Source of the DNA: Bdellovibrionota bacterium | Lineage (GTDB): Bacteria; Bdellovibrionota_C; UBA2361; JBGSMV01 | NCBI GenBank assembly: GCA_044356455.1 | Contig: JBIKWF010000002.1 | Span: forward strand, 511 to 64,510 | Direction of reading: 5' to 3' | Length of the DNA: 64,000 nucleotides | Part shown: positions 29,056 through 37,406 of the stretch, piece by piece | Layout: each line of letters starts with the position of its first letter | Numbering within the stretch: position 1 is the stretch's first letter | Notes under the pieces: generated by a model | What the model saw: only the letters and a program-made list of their open reading frames with translations | Databases searched by the model: none | What the model was told of the DNA's origin: nothing | Position numbers and translations under genes: made by a program

Positions 29056-30966
29056 ATGTCAGAAGCCTCCTTATCTCAACCCCCTGGTGGACATCGTCCC
29101 GACCGTAAGCTTTCGGCTGGCCTTACCATGGCCGCTTTGGGCATCGTTTTTGGTGACATTGGAACAAGTCCCCTCTACGCACTTCGCGAGTGCTTCTCGC
29201 CTCCCCATGGCGTGAGCCTTACAGAAGCGAACATTCTTGGCGTATTGTCGCTCGTGTTTTGGTCGCTGACTCTGGTTGTTTCCATAAAATACCTTCTTTA
29301 TGTCATGCGAGCAGACAATCGTGGAGAAGGCGGCGTCCTTGCACTCATGGCATTGGCACAGCCTCATCACGCCCTCATCTCAGGCACAGCGAAGCAATCA
29401 CTTGTATTTATTGGCATTTTTGGGGCTGCGCTGCTTTTTGGTGACGGCGTTATCACGCCAGCTATCTCTGTGCTCAGTGCGATGGAAGGTCTCAACGTGG
29501 CAACCCCACTCTTTGAGCCCTATGTCATTCCAGCCACAGTTGCGGTCCTAATCGGGCTATTCATGATTCAGAGCAAGGGAACGGGGAAGATTGGCTCTTT
29601 CTTTGGGCCAATCATCTTGCTTTGGTTCCTCGCACTTGGGCTTCTTGGTGTCCGCGCCCTGGCTCAAGCTCCCGAGGTACTTGGCGCGATTAGCCCGCTC
29701 CACGCGCTTTCGTTTTTCCAAACCAATTCGTGGCATGGATTCCTCGTGCTGGGATCGGTCTTTCTTGTCGTGACGGGAGGAGAAGCGCTTTATGCTGACA
29801 TGGGCCACTTCGGATCGCGCCCGATCCGCGTAGCATGGTTCACTATCGTGCTTCCTGGGCTGCTGCTTAATTACTTCGGGCAAGGGGCTCTCCTGCTCAA
29901 GGACCCCTCGGCGATTAGCAACCCCTTCTATCGCCTGTGCCCGGAAGGACTGCTCTATCCCATGATTGCACTTGCGACCATGGCTACCGTGATTGCCTCA
30001 CAGGCGCTTATCTCGGGCGCCTTTTCTCTTACGAGCCAGGCGATAAAGTTAGGGCTTCTTCCACGCATGATGATTAAACACACATCTCGCGAGGAAATCG
30101 GGCAAATCTACGTATCGCGTATCAACTGGGCTCTTCTGCTTTGCACCCTCTGGCTCGTGCTTGAATTTAGAACTTCGAGCAACCTCGCCTCAGCTTACGG
30201 AATGGCAGTTTCTACGACCATGGTGATTACCACGGTGCTAATCTATTTCGTTACTCAAAAACTTTGGAAGTGGAACAAACTCGTCTCACTTACCATCACC
30301 GGCTTTTTCCTCATCATCGAGCTCGCGTTTCTTGGAGCCAACGCGGTTAAGATCCTAGACGGAGGATGGGTTCCTCTGGTAATGGCGGGCTTCGTATTTA
30401 CGCTCATGGCCACGTGGAGAAGAGGCAGGCAGATCCTTGCTGAGCGTCTCAGAGAAAAACTACCGCCATTCGACGTTTTTATCCACGAGATTCCTGAGAT
30501 GACTCCCCTGCGCGTACCTGGAGTCGCCGTTTACATGAACTCACACCGCGACATCACACCTCCTGCGCTCCTTTACAACCTTAAGCACAACAAAGTTGTG
30601 CACGAACTCATTATCGTGGCGATTGTCGTGGTTGAAGAAGTTCCGTACGTGTCCCCAGTGCGGCGGCTTGAAGTAGAGTCCCTAGGAAGAGAAATTTATC
30701 GCGTAACTATCCATTACGGATTTATGGATTCTCAGGATATTCCAAGGGCGCTCGCGCTCTGCAAAGCTCACGAACTCGATGTTGATCTCTCGAACGCGAC
30801 CTATTTCTTCGGAAGAGAATCGCTGCTCGCAACTCCAAGACCAGGTATGGCGATTTGGCGTGAGAACCTTTTCTCAACCATGTCCCAAAATGCCCAAAAA
30901 GCTTCACGCTTCTTTAAAATCCGAGCAGACCAAGTAATTGAAATTGGCTTCGAAGTCGAACTCTAA
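29056..30966 (+). CDS. kup: Potassium transporter Kup
   Basis: GIVFGDIGTSPLY, ADNRGEGG, GDGVITPAISVLSA, GEALYADMGHFG; start set at MSEAS. Confidence 0.97.
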   Translation: MSEASLSQPPGGHRPDRKLSAGLTMAALGIVFGDIGTSPLYALRECFSPPHGVSLTEANILGVLSLVFWSLTLVVSIKYLLYVMRADNRGEGGVLALMALAQPHHALISGTAKQSLVFIGIFGAALLFGDGVITPAISVLSAMEGLNVATPLFEPYVIPATVAVLIGLFMIQSKGTGKIGSFFGPIILLWFLALGLLGVRALAQAPEVLGAISPLHALSFFQTNSWHGFLVLGSVFLVVTGGEALYADMGHFGSRPIRVAWFTIVLPGLLLNYFGQGALLLKDPSAISNPFYRLCPEGLLYPMIALATMATVIASQALISGAFSLTSQAIKLGLLPRMMIKHTSREEIGQIYVSRINWALLLCTLWLVLEFRTSSNLASAYGMAVSTTMVITTVLIYFVTQKLWKWNKLVSLTITGFFLIIELAFLGANAVKILDGGWVPLVMAGFVFTLMATWRRGRQILAERLREKLPPFDVFIHEIPEMTPLRVPGVAVYMNSHRDITPPALLYNLKHNKVVHELIIVAIVVVEEVPYVSPVRRLEVESLGREIYRVTIHYGFMDSQDIPRALALCKAHELDVDLSNATYFFGRESLLATPRPGMAIWRENLFSTMSQNAQKASRFFKIRADQVIEIGFEVEL

Positions 30967-31168
30967 CTGCATGGGCTCACTTTTCTGTAATACGGCATCC
31001 CTTCAGGCACACGAGAAAAGGCCGCTCTCATAGCTCCAATAATTTCAGTCGGTTACACGAAGAAAAAGGGGTCTGGCACTCCTCGAATTCCGTCGCTGGG
31101 GCTCCGCCTCAATAGCCAAACTTAGCCTCTCATGATATCCACGCAAGGTAGTTGTTTGGAGCGCGCAG

Positions 31169-32668
31169 TTGAATAATTTACCAGGTCCAAGTCTCCCCCC
31201 TGAGGACCGCCCTCCCGATCTCAACAGATCCCCCCAAGCAAATTCGCTCGAACGCCTAAGCCAGGCCGTATCTCAGGCGGTGCGGCATCCTACGCGTAGG
31301 CTTACCCCTGTAACTGACGTCCACGATCTCGGAACGATCCACACTGCCATCGACGAAAAACTGGGGCTCGATTCACGGGACTCCTCGCGTCAGCTTTCAT
31401 CCATCCTTCTCAGCGCAGCAGTCACCACAGAGACTAAGAAAGGCTACGCCTTTGTGCGTATTGCTGACCCCCAAACAGGTCAGGCGATGTACCCCACCTC
31501 AAGAGTCGGAGGATTTCGCCCCCTCCCACCTGGTCAAGAATGTGCGGTCGTGTTTCCCATCTCATTTCTAGATGAAGAAAGCTCTCCGCCGAACGACGGA
31601 CCAGCATCCCTGCTCATGGATCCATTCACTTTTGAGCAGCAATTCGCGGCCATGATAGCGGGTGATTACGAGGGGCCACTCGCTGAGGATATTCAGCATC
31701 GCGCGCACGCCAGCTTAGGGTCTGGTCCGCGCAAACCAGAGCTTGTCTCAATCGAACGTGTGTTTCCGCCTTGTGGGCACCCAGGAGACTATAGCTTTCT
31801 CGCCACAACTTCCCACGGCGAGCGATTCTTTGGGCGACTCTCCGAAAGTAGCATGACACACGTGTGGATGATTCGAGAGTTCGTACATTATCAATTCGGC
31901 ATATACGGCCACAAGGCCGGGTTCTCGGGAGCAGAGGGCATAGATCACGGTCTCGTCAAGGGAACTGCGAGGCACTTTGAGAGCGACGGGTTCGAATCAA
32001 CCATATTGGAAGAGGACTCAATTGTCCGAGATTATCTAGGGCAAGTGCAGCGAAACTTTGAGAACTCTACCCAAGGCAGCTTTGCCTCTAAGGGGTGGAG
32101 CATATCAGGAAAACTCCTCGGTTTTGATAAAACGCAACAAGCCCCAATGTGGTTGTTGTTATGCAGTATCAGCGATAAGGAGGGCCGCTACCTACTGCCC
32201 TCGACAACGAGTTGCCGAGTGCTGCGTAGCCAAGAATTCGCCGGTTTTGTTGTTTCGATCTACCCCAACAGCACTCGCCACCATCCTGGCGGAACACGTG
32301 AGTTTCTTGAACTTCGAGCTTTTATACTTCCCGAAGAGACTACGGAGCTTGCAATCACCGAACTTGCGCTTAGACCTAAGGAAGCACTTCTTTCGGAACC
32401 ACTGCGGCGGCGCGTCGTTCGCGACTTGCTCGATCGTCAATTGCTCTCAAAGAAAAAGTCCCGCAAGTTTGAGTTAGATAAAATTGGGACTGCTTTCTGC
32501 GGCAGTGACGGATCGGACGATTTTTATGCCGTCTGCTGCAAACATCGCCTCGGTGAAACCATCCTCGTTTTGAGGCGGAAGCTGTCGAGCGGGGGAATTC
32601 TGCACGGGGATGATTATACGATTTGGGGCTTTGCACCCAAGAGAAATTGCAGCGTCCCCCAGTGGTAG
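31169..32668 (+). CDS. Hypothetical protein (Pro-rich N-terminus, possible internal duplication)
   Basis: 499-codon ORF filling the gap; no family motif recognised. Confidence 0.6.
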   Translation: MNNLPGPSLPPEDRPPDLNRSPQANSLERLSQAVSQAVRHPTRRLTPVTDVHDLGTIHTAIDEKLGLDSRDSSRQLSSILLSAAVTTETKKGYAFVRIADPQTGQAMYPTSRVGGFRPLPPGQECAVVFPISFLDEESSPPNDGPASLLMDPFTFEQQFAAMIAGDYEGPLAEDIQHRAHASLGSGPRKPELVSIERVFPPCGHPGDYSFLATTSHGERFFGRLSESSMTHVWMIREFVHYQFGIYGHKAGFSGAEGIDHGLVKGTARHFESDGFESTILEEDSIVRDYLGQVQRNFENSTQGSFASKGWSISGKLLGFDKTQQAPMWLLLCSISDKEGRYLLPSTTSCRVLRSQEFAGFVVSIYPNSTRHHPGGTREFLELRAFILPEETTELAITELALRPKEALLSEPLRRRVVRDLLDRQLLSKKKSRKFELDKIGTAFCGSDGSDDFYAVCCKHRLGETILVLRRKLSSGGILHGDDYTIWGFAPKRNCSVPQW

Positions 32669-32689
32669 AAAGAGCCGTGCTGCCAACGG

Positions 32690-34276
32690 CTAATTTTCCG
32701 GGAGCAGATTCGTAAACGGCTGTAGGGAAGAAAGGTTGCCAGTACAATAGGATTCAACCATAGGACCAAGTTCTGAATCGACATAATCCTGCATTGCTCC
32801 ATAGTAGGAATTCTGCAGCGCCGCGGACTCAGCTCCCCAAATCGCTACATGCTGAGCACCAAGCATCATCGGATAAATGAGTTGCAGAAATAGCTCTGGT
32901 TTCCTAACCAACGTATAACGCTCCGAGGGGTCTGCGGAGTTATGATATCTTGGCCAGGCATACGCCATTACGGGCTTGCCCCCCGCGAGCGTAGCGAGTC
33001 GCTGCGCCTCTGTTATGTTTTCATAAACATACTGACGATTACGCTCGAACCATTGAATTCCATTGGGAGGCGCACCACCACCAGGAGGCATAGCGAGAGG
33101 GTTCCCCAACTCGTCCACCGCGCTACTGTAGAACTGATAAATGCTCGCAACCACCATGCCGGCTTCTTGGTGTAGTTGGAGAATTCTATCATTTATCGCC
33201 CTATGGGCTGGGCCATATGAGGAAGCGTAGCCATCCCAGTAGTGCCTCATGACCACATCATAAAAGCCGACTTTCGCACGTGGCCGAACTTGTTGAATCA
33301 CGCGTTGCGTCTCTAGATAAAACTCGAGGCCTTTCTCCTCCCACTGCAGTCGTGCCTCGGCTAACGCCTCATCATCGCTCAGTTCGGGGTGCATGAGCTT
33401 CACGTCCGCTACGGCTCTGTCGCGATACAAGCTGCTATTGAGTTCCCACTGCGCCCACCAGATCTCCCAATCGGGAACGAGATAACCGTCAAAGTTTGGG
33501 TCTGGAATAAAATTCTGAATGTCGCGGGCTAAATTGCTTTTGTGAAGTTCTAGATTACCGTTAATCGGAGTTCCGCCATTGACGATGAGCTTCTCCCCCT
33601 CATCGACATAGGGAATTTGTAGCCAGTCTAATTTTGAGCGTTGCTGCTGCGTATCATTCACTATCTGAGGAAGGGCGCCATTCCACCCAAGGTTAACTAC
33701 ATGAGCACGGTTTTCTCTGAGGTGAGACGCCGCGGTTAGGGAAAGCGCTGGCATATCTTGACTCGTGTACACCTGCCACAAAAGCTTGTCGCCGGCGCAG
33801 TTCTCTATAGGAGTAGGCGTCGGGGTAGGAGTCGGGGTAGGAGTCGGGGTAGGAGTAGAAGTTGGCGTCGCGGTAAAGGTGGGCGTTGGAGACGAAATCG
33901 GGGCTTGGGGCGGAGTGGCTTCTGGAGTCGGTGTGGCGGCAGGCTGCCCTTGGCACTGCTGAACCACAATCTTTGCAGCGGCGAGCGCACGTTTTTGAGA
34001 GCGGCTCGCGCTCTTCATTGCCTCGTTAATTTTTTTTATTACGCGTCGCCGCGCGGTGGGTTTAAAGTTTTTTCCCTGCCTGAGGTGAAGTCCCTTTTCG
34101 CCAAGCGCGCAGTAAAGCCGTCCGCCAACAAGACGTTCAACTCGGGCTCCAATCTCGAGACGAGTGGGACTAATGAGGGATGGAGAGGCAAAGGCCCGGC
34201 GCGTCTCGCCGCCCCAGAAAACTGTCGCCAGGACAATAAAAAATGAGATTAGCTTCGATGAATTCACAGAAAACAT
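32690..34276 (-). CDS. Secreted glycoside hydrolase family 56 (hyaluronidase-like) with Pro/Thr linker
   Basis: NGGTP..GNL..H, IPDPNFDGYLVPDWEIW, RPRAKVGFY, ASIY and IWG follow venom/vertebrate hyaluronidase motifs; signal peptide; (PT)n linker. Confidence 0.85.
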   Translation of the reverse strand: MFSVNSSKLISFFIVLATVFWGGETRRAFASPSLISPTRLEIGARVERLVGGRLYCALGEKGLHLRQGKNFKPTARRRVIKKINEAMKSASRSQKRALAAAKIVVQQCQGQPAATPTPEATPPQAPISSPTPTFTATPTSTPTPTPTPTPTPTPTPIENCAGDKLLWQVYTSQDMPALSLTAASHLRENRAHVVNLGWNGALPQIVNDTQQQRSKLDWLQIPYVDEGEKLIVNGGTPINGNLELHKSNLARDIQNFIPDPNFDGYLVPDWEIWWAQWELNSSLYRDRAVADVKLMHPELSDDEALAEARLQWEEKGLEFYLETQRVIQQVRPRAKVGFYDVVMRHYWDGYASSYGPAHRAINDRILQLHQEAGMVVASIYQFYSSAVDELGNPLAMPPGGGAPPNGIQWFERNRQYVYENITEAQRLATLAGGKPVMAYAWPRYHNSADPSERYTLVRKPELFLQLIYPMMLGAQHVAIWGAESAALQNSYYGAMQDYVDSELGPMVESYCTGNLSSLQPFTNLLPEN

Positions 34277-34638
34277 GTCCCCCGGCCTTAACGTTCCCGT
34301 GCGTCTATCCAAGCGCGGAGAGAAATATTTCTCCTAAGAAAAACTTGGATCTGGTGACCAAACTGTTGAAATCACGCGAGCACGGGGGCGTCTTTCCTCT
34401 TAGACCTGTGCATGTGCACGATTCATGCCGCGAAAAAGCTTGCCAATTTGAAGGCGCGTTACCAGGGAAAGGGGGGACGCAACTCCTTGTAATTCTTTAT
34501 CTCTAGGGCAGCCTAGATTTCCCAGAGAATTCAAAATGGAGGCGCGCAGGAATTGCACCTGGCTTAAGCAGCGCGCGCAGAACAATCCACACATCAATCA
34601 ATAAGCTGTGGCGAGCGTCTCGCCTTAAGGATTGTGCC

Positions 34639-35760
34639 ATGCCAGGTTCTGCAGAATTCAACCCACTCAACACCAATAGAAACGGCAGACCGATTCCTGT
34701 GGAGCGCCAAACCTCCCCTGAAGCTCGGGAGACAAGAGACCCGCTCGGGCGCTTAGGCGGCGTTAGCCGAGAGGCTGGTGGACCGGCACCGAAGCAAGAC
34801 AGCATCATAGACCGCCTTTCGAGATCCATCGGGCTCGGCGCTACTCCCTTGGGATCAACGCCTCCCATTGCTCCCCCACTTAAAACGTCACGCGACCAAC
34901 CTGCGACGCTCGCGGATCGAGTGCTCGGCGGTACGCCTCCCATTGCGCCTTCGCCAAGCGAGAGAGTGAACTCATCTACCATCATCGCCGACCAGCTCGG
35001 ACGAATCACTGACGAAGCACTGATTCAGGGAGCCTCTCTCGCCTGCAGCTTGATTGGCTTCGACCGGCTCCCGAAGGGGCTACGAGACTACGTCCCCGTC
35101 TACCGCACCGCCCACGCAAAACACGAAGGGCAAAACGATCAGCTTGGGATGCAGCACTGGTCAATCAACAAAAGATCAACCTCTGACGGCATCCTGAACG
35201 GACGCACTGACGGCTCCGAGGATTCAGTACTGCAGAGATCTACGGTCGGCCAACTTGACCGAGCAGCAAAACGCGCAGGCGGAGAAATAGAATTCATCAA
35301 CGAAAAGTATGAGACTCGAGATCCGGATGAGCTTCTCTTCCGTTCGGCTAAAACCCCAGAAGGAAAGGTGGACAAGCAATTTAGACTTGAGCCGGAAAAG
35401 GACTACACAGTCTTACGAAGAGTCCCTGCTCGCGGGGGAAATGTTGAGGAAGAGACCACTCATGCGGCACCTGAAAAAGTCCCTACGGCGGAACACCCTA
35501 GCCCGAGGCCACACGAAGCTGAACGAACGAACCGCAACGGTAAAATATTAGAGCGCGTGCTTCGAGAAATTGCTGGAGAAGACACAGACCTGAGTGGCGA
35601 AAAGCCATATGACCCTCCGCCACCGCCCAGACACGCCCCTCCCGTAAGGAAGCTTCCCGAGTACACGGGCACACCCGAACAGGACAGGCAGGATGAAGTT
35701 AGAGCGAGGGAAAGGGAGCATAATCCTCCGGCCTATCGCGCGCCCCGGCGCAGTAGGTAG
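34639..35760 (+). CDS. Hypothetical Pro/Arg-rich, largely disordered protein
   Basis: 373-codon ORF; repeated DR-x-LG-x-TPPIAP segment; AAGGA RBS. Confidence 0.6.
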   Translation: MPGSAEFNPLNTNRNGRPIPVERQTSPEARETRDPLGRLGGVSREAGGPAPKQDSIIDRLSRSIGLGATPLGSTPPIAPPLKTSRDQPATLADRVLGGTPPIAPSPSERVNSSTIIADQLGRITDEALIQGASLACSLIGFDRLPKGLRDYVPVYRTAHAKHEGQNDQLGMQHWSINKRSTSDGILNGRTDGSEDSVLQRSTVGQLDRAAKRAGGEIEFINEKYETRDPDELLFRSAKTPEGKVDKQFRLEPEKDYTVLRRVPARGGNVEEETTHAAPEKVPTAEHPSPRPHEAERTNRNGKILERVLREIAGEDTDLSGEKPYDPPPPPRHAPPVRKLPEYTGTPEQDRQDEVRAREREHNPPAYRAPRRSR

Positions 35761-35902
35761 CGCGCCTCTGACCCCGAGGTCCGTCTCGTAGAATTGAAAT
35801 ACACAGCAGCAATCAATGCGGCCAGGGGATTACCGGCAAAGACCGATCAATGTCTGCCTTGAGTCTTCGCGATCATTTCCACGAGCCCCTTACGTTCGGC
35901 AC

Positions 35903-36934
35903 TCACACCTGAAACCGAAGCTTAAAGGCGAGCATGGCACTCGCGTAAAGAACCATCGCCGATAAGACAAGGTGCAGCGTTAGCGCAATCGGATCGAGAA
36001 GAGACCAAATCATAATCGCGCCTACGAGACTCTGGGCGAGCAGCCCAACACACAAAAGAATCGCCGAAGCGCGCACGCGAGAAGAAGAGAACTCCCTCGA
36101 TTGAAGAACTCGGGCTCCTAGAACAAGACCAGCCCCCAACAGAAGAAGAGTACCAATACGATGACAGAGCTGAAGAACCATTTGCCCCACTGACGCCGGC
36201 TCTAGCCCAAGGTCTGCGCGGAGCTGCGTAATTTGCAAGATCCTTTTCTCGGTAAGAAGCGGGAACATTCCACCGCCCGTGGTGGGAAAGTCCGGGATAG
36301 CGAGCCCTGCGTCGGTGATGCGAATAAAAGTTCCCGATAATAGCTGCAGCGCGGACAGCCCAAGAACAAAGACGGCGGGGCCAAAGAGAGCGGAAGGAAC
36401 TATCGAAACAACCGAGTTAAGTCGCGCAAGCAATTCACGTGAATGCGCATAAGAGAGAAGACCTAAGGAACAAAGCAGCACTTGAGCATTCAAAGGATGC
36501 AGAAAAGAGAACCCAATTCCCTCGAACTCCTCCAAGAAAGGTGCGCGTCCCGCCACTTGAAGTAGCACAAAGACCAATACCAGAAGACCCAAGCGCCTTA
36601 CCCAGGGGCGGGAATCCAATACCACCGTAAGGCCTCCCGAGAGCGCGGCAAGCAGAGCGCCCAGAATTCCGACCACAAAGTGCATGCTCACTATTCCGTA
36701 ACCGTCAGAACTACCCGAAGTGCCATCCACGGCGAGAGCATGCGGACTAAAGACTGGGTCACGCCCTGAAACAACTAAGGTTCCTAGGATGAACGCAAGA
36801 GAAACAAAAACGAGAGCGATTTGGCTTGTTGCTCGTAGCAAAGGCCGATCAGGATATGGCATGGCTCGATCTTCAGCATCCGGCGAGCCATCGTCGTCTT
36901 GGTTCCCTATGGGGGTGAATGCGAGATTCGACAT
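35903..36934 (-). CDS. COX15/CtaA (heme A synthase)-like membrane protein
   Basis: About eight TMs; AGLAIPDFP, QLCHRIG, TLHL; four TM histidines; start set at MSNLAF. Confidence 0.7.
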   Translation of the reverse strand: MSNLAFTPIGNQDDDGSPDAEDRAMPYPDRPLLRATSQIALVFVSLAFILGTLVVSGRDPVFSPHALAVDGTSGSSDGYGIVSMHFVVGILGALLAALSGGLTVVLDSRPWVRRLGLLVLVFVLLQVAGRAPFLEEFEGIGFSFLHPLNAQVLLCSLGLLSYAHSRELLARLNSVVSIVPSALFGPAVFVLGLSALQLLSGTFIRITDAGLAIPDFPTTGGGMFPLLTEKRILQITQLRADLGLEPASVGQMVLQLCHRIGTLLLLGAGLVLGARVLQSREFSSSRVRASAILLCVGLLAQSLVGAIMIWSLLDPIALTLHLVLSAMVLYASAMLAFKLRFQV

Positions 36935-36940
36935 AGATAG

Positions 36941-37049
36941 GAGTCTGTCCCGTAGAAAATTTCTACCACTACATGTTGTGGTGGCAGCGGGACAGCCCAC
37001 CTACGGATTGTGTCCAAAATGAAGATTTATATTTCTACGGGACACACTC
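36941..37049. mobile_element. MITE-like element family B (109 bp)
   Basis: GAGTCTGTCCCGTAGAAA...TTTCTACGGGACACACTC; ATAG left, CTAG right. Confidence 0.88.
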
Positions 37050-37150
37050 CTAGCCCGCTCGGCTGGTGAGGCATGTGCCATTTTGCAAACGCTAGTTCGG
37101 AGCCCTCTCTTAGTCAAACGGAATCGGCCCCCGGTAGCGAGTAGGGAACC

Positions 37151-37177
37151 ACCACTAAGACCACGGAGACCACTAAG
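37151..37177. repeat. Single ACCACTAAG-type repeat arm
   Basis: ACCACTAAG ACCACGGAG ACCACTAAG. Confidence 0.75.
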
Positions 37178-37225
37178 AGGAATTTCTATTCGGGAGTAAT
37201 TTGACAGATATCTCAGATTACCTAG

Positions 37226-37354
37226 GGGACCTGTGGAAAGCCCGGATATTTTATGTTTTCTCTCCCTGTCCTCTGTGCCCTCTGTGGTTTTTCAACAATT
37301 TAAATCAACCACAGAGGGCACAGAGTTCACAGAGCAGGCTCTTTCAGAGCTTTC
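37226..37354. mobile_element. MITE-like element family A
   Basis: CTAG|GGGACCTGTGGAAAG...CTTTCAGAGCTTTC|TTAG; 129 bp; same hairpin and loop as the 8899 copy. Confidence 0.8.
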
Positions 37355-37406
37355 TTAGAAACCAAGGAGTTCCAATATATACCAGGCTGGGCCATAATTC
37401 AGAGCT

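Noticed and set aside
33808-33870. GGAGTCGGGGTA tandem repeat as a separate element
   Set aside because: It encodes the Pro/Thr linker of the GH56 protein
34623-34638. Minus-strand TGGCACAATCCTTAAG as a sigma54 promoter for GH56
   Set aside because: Lacks the -12 GC
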